A stretch of DNA of 64,000 nt from Candidatus Yanofskybacteria bacterium (GTDB lineage: Bacteria; Patescibacteriota; Minisyncoccia; 2-02-FULL-40-12; GWA2-44-9), in assembly GCA_903830625.1 (NCBI GenBank), contig CAIKUK010000014.1, positions 772 through 64,771 of the forward strand, read 5' to 3'. Under the pieces are notes generated by a model that saw only the letters and a list, made by a program, of their open reading frames with translations, did no database searches and was not told where the DNA came from. Below are positions 27,777-37,201 of this stretch, in pieces; the stretch's first letter is position 1, and each line of letters starts with the position of its first letter. A program made the position numbers and the translations under genes.

Positions 27777-30464
27777 ATGGCGTTTTTATCCAGTGTCTTC
27801 GGGGATGCAAACAAGCGGTATATTGATTCCCTGAACCCAATAATCCAAAAGATAAATGACCTCGAAAAAGACTTTGCGGGGCTTTCGGTTGAACAATTAA
27901 AAGAAAAAACAGTTGAGTTTAAAAAACGTCTCGCCGAAGGCGAGACGCTGGATGATTTATTGCCTGAAGCCTTTGCGGCGGTCCGCGAAGCAGCCAAGCG
28001 TACGCTGGGTCAGCGCCACTACGATGTTCAACTCGTTGGCGGTATTGCCTTGCATCGTGGCACAATCACGGAAATGAAAACCGGCGAAGGGAAAACGCTT
28101 GTGGCTACTGCGCCGGTGTATTTGAATGCTCTGATAGGTCAAGGCGTGCATATGGTCACAGTCAATGATTACCTGGCTCGTCGCGATGCGGCCTGGATGG
28201 GCCAGATTTATGATGCCCTGGGTTTGACTGTGGCGACCATTAACCATGAAGCCAGCTATCAGTATGATGCTTCTCATGTAACCAAAGCCGAAGATAAAGA
28301 AGAAGACACCGAAGGCAGTTTTAAAATCGTTCACGAACTGCTTCGGCCCATCACCCGTAAGCAAGCCTATGCCTGCGATATCACTTACGGCACGAACAAC
28401 GAATACGGCTTTGATTATCTCCGCGACAACATGGCCTATTCGCCGGAACAGATGTCCCAGCGTTCGGCCACTGAAGGCGGACACAACTTTGCGATCGTTG
28501 ACGAAGTCGACTCTATTTTAATTGATGAAGCCCGAACGCCATTAATTATCTCTGCGCCGGATGAAGATTCGGGCGAATTATATAAAACCTTTGCCGGTAT
28601 CGCTCCGAAATTAAAGGAAGGCGAAGATTATGCCGTCGATATCAAAGAAAAAGCGGTCTCCATCACTGAAGCCGGTATTGAAAAAGTGGAACAAATACTG
28701 GGGGTTAAGAATATCTATGACGAGGGCGGAATGAAATACGTCCACCACCTGGAACAAGCCTTGAAGGCGCAAGTGATTTTTCATTTGGACCAAAATTATG
28801 TTGTTAAAGACGGGGAAGTGATTATTGTGGATGAGTTTACCGGCCGACTGATGCCGGGCCGGCGCTGGTCCGAAGGCTTGCATCAGGCTGTGGAAGCTAA
28901 AGAAGGCGTCAAAATTCAAAAAGAATCCCGCACTTTAGCGACCATTACTTTCCAAAACTACTTCCGTTTATATAAAAAATTGGCCGGCATGACCGGTACT
29001 GCTCAAAGTTCAGCTGAAGAGTTCCATAAAGTCTATGAATTGGAAGCCATTACCGTTCCAACCAACAAACCGAACATCCGCCAAGACTTACCCGATAAGA
29101 TTTTCAAAAATGAAGCCGGTAAATTCCGAGCCATCGTTCAGGAGGTCAAAGCCCGCAATGCCACTGGTCAGCCGGTTCTGGTGGGTACAGTCTCCATCGA
29201 TAAAAATGAATTTTTGTCATTATTGCTTCAGCGCGAAGGCGTACCCCATACTCTATTGAATGCCAAGAATCACGAAAAAGAAGCTGAGCTTCATGCTCAA
29301 GCCGGGCGATACGGTTCGGTGACTATCGCTACTAACATTGCCGGCCGCGGCGTGGACATTATCCTGGGCGGCAATCCGCCGGATTTGGAAATGCAGAAAA
29401 AAGTTTTGGCTACCGGCGGGTTGCATGTTATTGGTACCGAACGTCACGAAGCCCGTCGCATTGATGATCAGTTGCGCGGCCGCGCCGGCCGTCAGGGCGA
29501 TCCGGGTTCATCTCAATTTTTCGTTTCCACCGAAGATGAACTGGTCAAACGATTCGGCGGCGATAGTTTGAAAAATATCATGGAACGTTTGGGTGTGGGT
29601 GAAGACGATGTTATTGAAAACCGATTTGTTTCCAATGCTATCCAGCAGGCCCAGACCCGCATTGAGGGCTACAACTTCGATGCCCGCAAATATATTCTTG
29701 AATATGACGACGTTATGAACAAACAGCGTGAGACCGTTTACGGTTTACGCCGTCAGATCTTGTTCTCCGAAAGCTCCAAACCGATTATTGAGGGGTATTT
29801 GAATGATTATATTGACCGGATGGTTCAATTCCATACCGCCGGCCATGAATGGGATACCAAAGAATTAACAACTTCGTTTGAAGCGGTGACAGGTCCTGAT
29901 TCTGAAATCGCCAAACAAATCACGGCTTTGGCCGAGGCGCGAGACATAGAAGGACTTAAAACTTTCATGCGCGATTATGTCGCCAAGCGTTACGTTAAGC
30001 GCGAAGAAGAATTAAGCGTTGAACAAATGCGGATGCTGGAAAAGCTGGTTCTTTTGCGCACTATTGATGAAATTTGGGTGGAGCACATTTCGGCCATGGA
30101 ATATTTGCGCGGTTCGGTCCGTTTGAGAGCTTATGGCCAGCGCGACCCGCTCGCCGAATACAAAGTGGAAGGCCAACGGATGTTTATTCAGCTTTTGGAT
30201 TCTATTAAAGCTCAGGTGGTGGATGCCATCTTCAAAGTCAGCATGCTTCGCCAGCCCGAAAGAGTAAAAGTGATTGAAGGCCGGGAGAATATAGAAGGGG
30301 AGACCATTGTGGAAAAAGAATCTCAGCGCGCTATGTCCGTCTATAATTCCGGCGATGATAAAATCGGCCGCAACGACCCCTGTCCTTGCGGTTCCGGCAA
30401 GAAATATAAAAAGTGCGGGCTTCTCAACACCGAAGAACATCAGCGGTTGATGATACAAAAGTAA
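27777..30464 (+). CDS. secA: Preprotein translocase ATPase SecA
   Basis: 895 aa with the MKTGEGKTL Walker A, DEVDSILIDEARTPLIIS, and the C-terminal zinc motif CPCGSGKKYKKCG. Confidence 0.97.
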   Translation: MAFLSSVFGDANKRYIDSLNPIIQKINDLEKDFAGLSVEQLKEKTVEFKKRLAEGETLDDLLPEAFAAVREAAKRTLGQRHYDVQLVGGIALHRGTITEMKTGEGKTLVATAPVYLNALIGQGVHMVTVNDYLARRDAAWMGQIYDALGLTVATINHEASYQYDASHVTKAEDKEEDTEGSFKIVHELLRPITRKQAYACDITYGTNNEYGFDYLRDNMAYSPEQMSQRSATEGGHNFAIVDEVDSILIDEARTPLIISAPDEDSGELYKTFAGIAPKLKEGEDYAVDIKEKAVSITEAGIEKVEQILGVKNIYDEGGMKYVHHLEQALKAQVIFHLDQNYVVKDGEVIIVDEFTGRLMPGRRWSEGLHQAVEAKEGVKIQKESRTLATITFQNYFRLYKKLAGMTGTAQSSAEEFHKVYELEAITVPTNKPNIRQDLPDKIFKNEAGKFRAIVQEVKARNATGQPVLVGTVSIDKNEFLSLLLQREGVPHTLLNAKNHEKEAELHAQAGRYGSVTIATNIAGRGVDIILGGNPPDLEMQKKVLATGGLHVIGTERHEARRIDDQLRGRAGRQGDPGSSQFFVSTEDELVKRFGGDSLKNIMERLGVGEDDVIENRFVSNAIQQAQTRIEGYNFDARKYILEYDDVMNKQRETVYGLRRQILFSESSKPIIEGYLNDYIDRMVQFHTAGHEWDTKELTTSFEAVTGPDSEIAKQITALAEARDIEGLKTFMRDYVAKRYVKREEELSVEQMRMLEKLVLLRTIDEIWVEHISAMEYLRGSVRLRAYGQRDPLAEYKVEGQRMFIQLLDSIKAQVVDAIFKVSMLRQPERVKVIEGRENIEGETIVEKESQRAMSVYNSGDDKIGRNDPCPCGSGKKYKKCGLLNTEEHQRLMIQK

Positions 30465-30487
30465 TACTCGCATAGGTTTTTAGTAAA

Positions 30488-32485
30488 ATGAAAAGAATTC
30501 CTAAAACAAAAGAAGATTTTGCGTGGATACAGTGGTTGTCGAAAGACATAGAAAAAGAGGCAGATAAAATACTCTCTCAAAAAAAAGAGAGATACGCTTT
30601 AATTAAATTGATTTTGGCAAATGAAAGAACTTTTGAAAATACAATTTATGGAATCGAATCAGCCAGTGATGTTGCGGCTTCTATTAATTTGATTGATATT
30701 TTATTGAACGTAAGTCCAGATGAAGAAATCAGAAAAACAGCCGAAAAGACGATCAAACATATACAGGAAGAATTGGTTGATATTGAATATGATCCGGGAT
30801 TATATAAAGCCGTTAAAGAGTTTGCCGAGACTGCTGAGGCCAAAAAATTAACAGGCGAAGATAAAAAACTATTTGACGATATGCTTCGTGATTATCGTCG
30901 CATGGGATTTGATTTACCTCAAGAAAAACAAGATACACTAAAGTCTACCGTCAAAAAGCTCCAAAAACTTGAGACCGAATTTACTTTAAATATCAACAAC
31001 TACAAAGATAATATTCTTGTAACCCGAGAAGAGTTAAATGGTTTATCGGAAAATTATATTAAAAGCCTTGAGAAAGATGAGCTGGCGGATAAATATAAGG
31101 TATCTTTGAAGGCTCCGGAATTCTTGCCTTTTGTAGAAAATGCTACCGATGCTTCTAAACGCAAAGAGTTAACCGATAAAAACTTACATAAAGGGGGACA
31201 GGCCAACATAGAGATTCTTAAAGAAGTTCTTCCCCTGCGGCAAGTCCAGGCCGAGCTATTGGGTTATAAAAATTACGTAGATTATGCTGCAGAACCGCGA
31301 ATGGCCAAGAGTGGTAAAATTATAAAAGATTTTCTCAACGACTTAATAGGTAAGGTTGGTCCAATGAAAGATCATGATCTCGCGACTATTAAAGAATTAA
31401 AGCAATCCATGATTGGCAATTCTAAGGCGGAGCTAGAGTATTTTGATATTTGGTATTATATTCGACAGTCGGAAAAGAAACTATTTAATTTTGACAAAGA
31501 AAAGATTAGGGATTATTTTCCGCTTGAAACCGTCAAAAAAGGAATTTTTGGAATCTACGGAAAACTATTTTCTATAAATTTTGAAGAAGTAATTGGGTAT
31601 CCAACCTGGCATCCCGATGCCAGGTTATATGCAGTAAAGAATCAGAATGATCAAAGTGTTGCAGGGTATATATTCATGGATCTTCATCCAAGAGAGGGAA
31701 AATTTAGCCACCCATCAATGTGGCAGCTTATTAATGGACACAGAGATGGTTACAGAAGTGAGAGTTATATTACTCCTCTTGCCATCCTGATTGGGAATTT
31801 TCCTAAATCAACTCCTGATTTACCTTCACTTTTAAGTCATGGTGAAGTGGAAACATTTTTCCATGAGTTCGGCCACATTATGCATGGGGTATTAACAAGT
31901 GCTTCCTATGCTTCCCAATCGGGGACTGCGGTTGCTCGGGATTTTGTAGAAGTTCCCTCCCAAATGCTAGAACATTGGGTTTGGGATAAAGATATGCTCA
32001 ACATTCTTTCCGGGCACTATAAAAATTCGGGTGAAAAATTGCCTCCGGATATTCTCGATAGTATGTTGAGGGCAAAAGATCACATGGTCGGCTATATAAC
32101 CATGAGGCAGTTGGTATTAGGTTTTTATAATCACGTGCTTCATGCCGGTTCCGTTTTCGAAAGTATTACTAAAATTTATAATGATTTGAATTTTAAATAT
32201 TTTGACATCAAGCTTCCGGAAGATAATATTTTTGCCGCCGGCTTCGGCCATCTTTTCGGGTATGCCGGTGCCTATTATGGCTACATGTGGTCTGAAGTGT
32301 ATGAATGCGATCTTTTTACTCGTTTTAAGGCCGAAGGATTATTAAATCCAAAAACAGGAGCTGATTATCGTTCTTGGATTTTAGAAAAAGGTTCAAGCGT
32401 GGAGCCGATTGATTTGATTCGGGGTTTTCTTGGCCGAGAACCCAATAACAAAGCATTTTTGGAAAAAATCGGAGTTAAAGAGTAG
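30488..32485 (+). CDS. M3 family zinc metallopeptidase (oligoendopeptidase/oligopeptidase A-like)
   Basis: HEFGHIMH (HExxH) with a downstream E, about 665 aa, M3 architecture. Confidence 0.8.
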   Translation: MKRIPKTKEDFAWIQWLSKDIEKEADKILSQKKERYALIKLILANERTFENTIYGIESASDVAASINLIDILLNVSPDEEIRKTAEKTIKHIQEELVDIEYDPGLYKAVKEFAETAEAKKLTGEDKKLFDDMLRDYRRMGFDLPQEKQDTLKSTVKKLQKLETEFTLNINNYKDNILVTREELNGLSENYIKSLEKDELADKYKVSLKAPEFLPFVENATDASKRKELTDKNLHKGGQANIEILKEVLPLRQVQAELLGYKNYVDYAAEPRMAKSGKIIKDFLNDLIGKVGPMKDHDLATIKELKQSMIGNSKAELEYFDIWYYIRQSEKKLFNFDKEKIRDYFPLETVKKGIFGIYGKLFSINFEEVIGYPTWHPDARLYAVKNQNDQSVAGYIFMDLHPREGKFSHPSMWQLINGHRDGYRSESYITPLAILIGNFPKSTPDLPSLLSHGEVETFFHEFGHIMHGVLTSASYASQSGTAVARDFVEVPSQMLEHWVWDKDMLNILSGHYKNSGEKLPPDILDSMLRAKDHMVGYITMRQLVLGFYNHVLHAGSVFESITKIYNDLNFKYFDIKLPEDNIFAAGFGHLFGYAGAYYGYMWSEVYECDLFTRFKAEGLLNPKTGADYRSWILEKGSSVEPIDLIRGFLGREPNNKAFLEKIGVKE

Positions 32486-32494
32486 GATTAAACC

Positions 32495-33223
32495 ATGCCA
32501 GCCAAATTTTCAACTATAAAAATATCTCGGTCGGGGCTGAAGCTCTTCCAGGACTGCCCGCGTTGTTTTTGGTTGGATGTGCATCATAAAATCAAACGGC
32601 CGCCGAGTTTCCCATACACGCTATCATCGGCGGTGGATTTTTTGGTCAAACAGGAATTTGATAAGTACCGCAAACAGGGGACGTTGCCGCCGGTCTTGGC
32701 ACGGCACCTAGCCGGCGATGCCAAGCTCTACAATGGCCCTGAATTGCCTGTGTGGCGCGAGAACTTCAAAGGGGTGCAGTATTTCGATGAAGACCTCAAT
32801 GCCATGCTCTACGGGGCGGTGGACGATGTCCTGCAATTAGCCGACGGCTCGCTAGCAGTCATTGATTACAAATCCTCCGGTTCCAGGGAAATAAAAATCT
32901 ACGACGACTATCAGAAGCAGATGGACATCTATACTTATCTTCTGGATCGCAACGGGTTCAAAACCCATACCGAGGCCTACTTCGTCTTTTACCAGGTGGA
33001 TAAAACCGGCGGTGGATTTCAAAATGCTTTACCGTTTATTGAATCATTGAAAGCGGTCAAAGCCGACAAATCATGGGTCGGGGATGTCTTTGAACAAGCG
33101 GTGATGGTAGCCCGCCGAAATACGCCGCCAGAAATTACCATGCCTTGTCCGCATTGCGTCTATGTTCAGCAAGCCGGCAAATTTCCTTTTGCTTCGGAAG
33201 AACAAATCGTGGAAATGGAATAG
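32495..33223 (+). CDS. PD-(D/E)XK nuclease, Cas4-like with Cys cluster
   Basis: N-terminal Cys pair QDCPRCFW, D...IDYK core (AVDDV...AVIDYKSSG), QxxxY-like DIYTYLL, and C-terminal Cys pair CPHCVYV, suggesting four Fe-S cysteines. Confidence 0.6.
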   Translation: MPAKFSTIKISRSGLKLFQDCPRCFWLDVHHKIKRPPSFPYTLSSAVDFLVKQEFDKYRKQGTLPPVLARHLAGDAKLYNGPELPVWRENFKGVQYFDEDLNAMLYGAVDDVLQLADGSLAVIDYKSSGSREIKIYDDYQKQMDIYTYLLDRNGFKTHTEAYFVFYQVDKTGGGFQNALPFIESLKAVKADKSWVGDVFEQAVMVARRNTPPEITMPCPHCVYVQQAGKFPFASEEQIVEME

Positions 33224-33250
33224 CCGGCTAACTTAAGATATACTGCCAAT

Positions 33251-34708
33251 ATGCCCACCGATTCCAACCAGCCGAAGTTTTACGGAGATTATTTTTATAA
33301 ATTTTTCCAGTGTCCGCATTGGATTTGGTACGACATTTACGGCGACGGCCAATATAAGCGGGACATTCCGCCATTGTTGGATTTAATCTATAAAGGCAAG
33401 ACGCTCGATGCTGGCCAGACACTTTCCAATCACAAAAAGTTTGAGCAGATCGATCCTGAACTATTTAAAGATCTCGACGAAGCTTTTTTGGCGACGGTGG
33501 AACTTATGAAGCAGGGCAAAAACATTTATCATGGTGTTTTGATGTCCGAGGATTGGGTCGGTATTCCCGACCTACTGGAAGCCCGGCCGGGAAAATCAAA
33601 CCTCGGCGATTTCTATTATGTCGTCTATGATGTTCAGAATTCTTTGGAGATGCGCGATGAGTATAAGTTCCAGTTAATTTTTTACAGTTTGATATTGGAA
33701 CGGATTCAAGGTGTTCGTCCCGAGCAAGCTTACATTATAGATTCACAGGGTAATGAAGTCGGATTCAAAATTTCCGAATATATCGATCAATTTCATCTCA
33801 CTCGCCAGCAAATCGAAAAAATACTTAACGGTGAAAAACCGGCGCCGTTTTTGAAAGCCGGCTGTAAGCGCACGCCCTGGTACTCGCTGTGTATTTCGGA
33901 AACCCAAGGCTGTAATGATGTCTCGCTCATTTACCGCATCAGTCAGGCCGATCAACGTCGCCTGTATGATATTGGTATTAAGACCGTGGATGCTTTGGCC
34001 GCCGCCGATCCTGACGATCTTCAGGAAAAACTGGAAGATTGGCCATTCGACAAGATTGTCCGTTTTTCCAATCAGGCCAAATCGCTCACGACCGGTGAGC
34101 CGATGATTACCCGTCATCCCAATTTCCCTGATGTTCGCTATGAAGTTTATTTTGATATTGAATCCGACCCGCTGGCGGACATTGATTATCTGCTGGGATT
34201 TATGGTCAAGGACACCAAAACCGGGAAAACAGAGTACAAGTACTTTTTGGCCAGGAACAAAGAAGAAGAACCGGAAGCTTGGCGCAAGTTTTTGGAATAC
34301 CTGGCCGAGCTCGAAGATTTTGTCATCTATCACTATGCTTTTTATGAACGCCAAGTCTTTGAACGCCTGGCCACTCGTTACGGCGCGCCGACCAGTCTTT
34401 TGGAAAAATTCAGAGAGAACACCATTGATTTGCATACCAAACTTATTGATTCAGCCATCCTGCCCATCTACTTCTATTCCCTCAAAGATGTTGGTTCGTA
34501 TCTAAATTTCAAATGGGACGACCCTCATGCCGGCGGCGCCGAATCCATTCTCTGGTACAAAGAATGGCTGGAAAAAGGGGACGAAGCGATTATGAAAAAA
34601 ATCCTCCGCTACAACGAGGACGATGTCCGAGCGACCATGATCATCAAAGACTGGTTAGTCGACCAAAAACCCCACAAGTCCAAAGAAAAAGAATCGCTCG
34701 ACGAATAA
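33251..34708 (+). CDS. TM0106-family putative RecB-like nuclease (N-terminal PD-(D/E)XK-like domain plus C-terminal RNase H-like YFDIE domain)
   Basis: FFQCPHWIWYD N-terminus resembling the Cas4-like neighbour, KFQLIFYSLIL (QhxxY), and YEVYFDIESDP exonuclease-like motif I. Confidence 0.5.
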   Translation: MPTDSNQPKFYGDYFYKFFQCPHWIWYDIYGDGQYKRDIPPLLDLIYKGKTLDAGQTLSNHKKFEQIDPELFKDLDEAFLATVELMKQGKNIYHGVLMSEDWVGIPDLLEARPGKSNLGDFYYVVYDVQNSLEMRDEYKFQLIFYSLILERIQGVRPEQAYIIDSQGNEVGFKISEYIDQFHLTRQQIEKILNGEKPAPFLKAGCKRTPWYSLCISETQGCNDVSLIYRISQADQRRLYDIGIKTVDALAAADPDDLQEKLEDWPFDKIVRFSNQAKSLTTGEPMITRHPNFPDVRYEVYFDIESDPLADIDYLLGFMVKDTKTGKTEYKYFLARNKEEEPEAWRKFLEYLAELEDFVIYHYAFYERQVFERLATRYGAPTSLLEKFRENTIDLHTKLIDSAILPIYFYSLKDVGSYLNFKWDDPHAGGAESILWYKEWLEKGDEAIMKKILRYNEDDVRATMIIKDWLVDQKPHKSKEKESLDE

Positions 34709-34712
34709 AAAC

Positions 34713-34747
34713 AAAGTGCCCGCGTCAGTCGGGCACTTTGTTTTTAT
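34713..34747 (+). terminator. Rho-independent terminator
   Basis: aaagtgccc ... gggcacttt followed by gttttta. Confidence 0.6.
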
Positions 34748-34759
34748 TTAACGAATCTG

Positions 34760-34788
34760 TTGACATAAAAAATGCACTATGTTTAAAT
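34760..34788 (+). promoter_or_regulatory. Sigma70-like promoter TTGACA-N17-TTAAAT upstream of secD
   Basis: ttgaca at 34760-34765 and ttaaat at 34783-34788. Confidence 0.45.
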
Positions 34789-34803
34789 CTAATGGACATA
34801 ATC

Positions 34804-36192
34804 ATGCGGAAAAATTTATTTCTCATCTCAACTATTATCGGCTCGCTTCTTATGTTGGCTTTTGTGGCCCCGCAGGCCATCAACAAAACGGCTCAAAAAC
34901 TCCATATCCCGAAAATTAATCTTTCCACTCCGCCATTCCGTTTAGGGTTGGATCTTTTAGGTGGCACTCATCTTATCTATCAAGCCGACCTCTCAAAGAT
35001 AACCGGTTCGGCCAATGACGCGATGCAAGGCGTGCGTAATGTCGTTGAACGGCGGGTGAATTTGTTCGGCGTTTCGGAACCGGTGGTCCAGATTTCCGGC
35101 AACGACCGTTTGATTGTCGATTTGGCCGGCATCAGTGACGTTAATCAGGCCATCGAGCTTATCGGCCAGACGCCTTTCCTGGAATTTAAAACCATGCTGC
35201 CGACGGCTCAAGGCGACGCCATCATTAAACAAGCGCTCGGCGCTAATACCCAAGGCCTGACCGCGGCCGCTCTTTGTGCGCCAGCCAACATCGTGACGCT
35301 GAATCAATTCTTGCTCAGTTTCGGGACCGATCCTTGTTTCCAGTCATCGGGTCTGAATGGTTCCGGTTTGAAAACGGCCCAAGTCTCTTTTAATAACCAG
35401 TCGCTTAGTCCTCAAGTCAGTCTTGAATTAAATACTGAAGGCGCAAAACTTTTCGGTCAGATTACCCAAGCCAACATCGGCAAGACCGTGGCTATTTATC
35501 TGGATGGCATACCCATTTCCACGCCGACGGTTCAGAGCGCCATTACCGATGGCCACGCGGTCATCAGTGGTAGCTTTACTCCCGAAGAAGCCAAGACACT
35601 GGTGGAGCGTTTGAATTCAGGCGCCTTGCCGGTGCCGATCCAGCTGGTCAGCCAACAAACTATCGGTGCCAGTCTCGGCCAGGATTCGTTGGCTCGCAGT
35701 TTTAAAGCCGGTATTTACGGCCTGATATTCGTTGCCATTTTCATGATTCTATTCTATCGTTTGCCGGGCGTCATTTCGGTGGTGGCTTTGTTGGTCTATA
35801 TCCTGATTGTCCTCTCTCTTTATAAATTTATTCCGGTTACGCTTACTTTGGCCGGTATCGCCGGTTTTATTCTGACGCTGGGTATGGCCGTAGATGCCAA
35901 TATTCTTATCTTCGCGCGCATGAAAGAAGAACTGGCGGCCGGTAAGCCGTTGCAAGTAGCGATGCATGAAGGCTTCTCTCGCGCCTGGTTATCAGTCCGA
36001 GACAGTCACGTCACGACCATCATTGGCGCAGTTGTGCTTTATGCCATGACCAGTTCGATTGTGAAAGGCTTTGCTTTGACTTTGGGTATCGGCGTTCTGA
36101 CCAGTCTGTTTACCGCCACCATGGTTACTCGCACCTTCTTGAATCTGGTGACTTCAAAATGGTTTGAACGCAAACAATGGTTATTCCGATAA
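34804..36192 (+). CDS. secD: Protein translocase subunit SecD
   Basis: The start is ATG 34804 (MRKNLFLISTIIGSLLMLAF); the ORF-track start at 34513 is an in-frame read-through of the upstream gene region. It has a periplasmic domain plus six C-terminal TM helices. Confidence 0.9.
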   Translation: MRKNLFLISTIIGSLLMLAFVAPQAINKTAQKLHIPKINLSTPPFRLGLDLLGGTHLIYQADLSKITGSANDAMQGVRNVVERRVNLFGVSEPVVQISGNDRLIVDLAGISDVNQAIELIGQTPFLEFKTMLPTAQGDAIIKQALGANTQGLTAAALCAPANIVTLNQFLLSFGTDPCFQSSGLNGSGLKTAQVSFNNQSLSPQVSLELNTEGAKLFGQITQANIGKTVAIYLDGIPISTPTVQSAITDGHAVISGSFTPEEAKTLVERLNSGALPVPIQLVSQQTIGASLGQDSLARSFKAGIYGLIFVAIFMILFYRLPGVISVVALLVYILIVLSLYKFIPVTLTLAGIAGFILTLGMAVDANILIFARMKEELAAGKPLQVAMHEGFSRAWLSVRDSHVTTIIGAVVLYAMTSSIVKGFALTLGIGVLTSLFTATMVTRTFLNLVTSKWFERKQWLFR

Positions 36193-36228
36193 ATTCAAAT
36201 TTAAAATTTTAAATTTAAAATTCCCGAA

Positions 36229-37113
36229 ATGCTTCCCCGCGTATACAAATTAATGTTCTGGTTCTCGATTTTCCTAGTAGTGCTGTCGGTGGTCGCCGTC
36301 AGTGTTTTCGGTTTGCGTTTGGGAGTGGATTTTCAAGGAGGAAGTGTTTTGGAACTAAACTTTAAAAATCGGCCCGATATCGGCCAAATTAAAAATATCC
36401 TGACCCCCAAGATTGGCGATGTTGAATTAAGCACCGAGGCAGAGACGGGATTAATTGTCCGAACCCATGAACTGACTGAAGCTCAACACCAGAGCGCATT
36501 GAGTGCGCTCAACACCGCTTTCCCAACCAGCGGTCTGGTGGAAAAACAATTCAGTTCAGTCGGACCGATTATCGGCAATGAATTGAAACAAAGAAGTTTG
36601 TTTGCCATTCTCATGGTCCTTGTTTGCGTGATTATTTATATCGCTTTTGTTTTTCGAAAGCTTGGCCGAACCACTTCTCCTTGGGCCATGGGTTTGGCGG
36701 CTATCGTGGCTCTTATGCATGATGTGGCCATTCCTGTAGGCGTGTTTGCAATTCTCGGTCATTTTTATAATATCGAAATTACGGGTGTCTTTGTTGCCGC
36801 CGCCCTGACTATTCTCGGTTTCTCGGTGTCAGATACAGTGGTTATTTTCGACCGTGTCCGCGAAAATATTATCCGCGGGGGAGGAAACAAAACCCAATTC
36901 GGTTCAGTAGTCCATAAGAGTGTCATGCAAACACTGACCCGTTCTTTAAACACCGTTTTTACCGTGCTTTTATCACTGTTCGCCATTTACTTTTTTGGCG
37001 GCGAGAGTATTAAGTACTTTTCTTTGGCCTTAATCATTGGTATCTTCCTGGGAGCTTACTCATCCATTTTCGTCGCTTCGCCTTTGTTGGTTTGGTGGAC
37101 CAAAAACACTTAA
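36229..37113 (+). CDS. secF: Protein translocase subunit SecF
   Basis: 294 aa with SecF topology; it immediately follows secD. Confidence 0.9.
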   Translation: MLPRVYKLMFWFSIFLVVLSVVAVSVFGLRLGVDFQGGSVLELNFKNRPDIGQIKNILTPKIGDVELSTEAETGLIVRTHELTEAQHQSALSALNTAFPTSGLVEKQFSSVGPIIGNELKQRSLFAILMVLVCVIIYIAFVFRKLGRTTSPWAMGLAAIVALMHDVAIPVGVFAILGHFYNIEITGVFVAAALTILGFSVSDTVVIFDRVRENIIRGGGNKTQFGSVVHKSVMQTLTRSLNTVFTVLLSLFAIYFFGGESIKYFSLALIIGIFLGAYSSIFVASPLLVWWTKNT

Positions 37114-37125
37114 CCCCCATCGGTG

Positions 37126-37154
37126 TTGACGTATTTTTATAAGTAGTATATAAT
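37126..37154 (+). promoter_or_regulatory. Sigma70-like promoter TTGACG-N17-TATAAT
   Basis: ttgacg at 37126-37131 and tataat at 37149-37154, upstream of the gene at 37202. Confidence 0.45.
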
Positions 37155-37201
37155 TAAATAACTACATTCTGGGGTGTCAAAACCTTAGGATAGATCAGAA
37201 T

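Noticed and set aside
27957-30473. Multiple minus-strand ORFs (60-175 aa) antisense to secA.
   Set aside because: They lie entirely within a highly conserved, well-supported SecA reading frame and have no signals of their own; they are GC-driven antisense artefacts. The same applies to antisense ORFs inside lon, uvrB, secD/secF, aspS, mraY and the T4CP gene.
34513-34803. The N-terminal 97-aa extension of the secD ORF overlapping the upstream nuclease gene.
   Set aside because: It has an Arg/Pro-rich, shadow-like composition, and a terminator and promoter lie inside it. The genuine SecD signal-anchor begins at ATG 34804.
36193-36228. Short tandem aaatttaaaatt repeat between secD and secF.
   Set aside because: Only two units in an AT-rich spacer; most likely incidental low complexity rather than a functional repeat.
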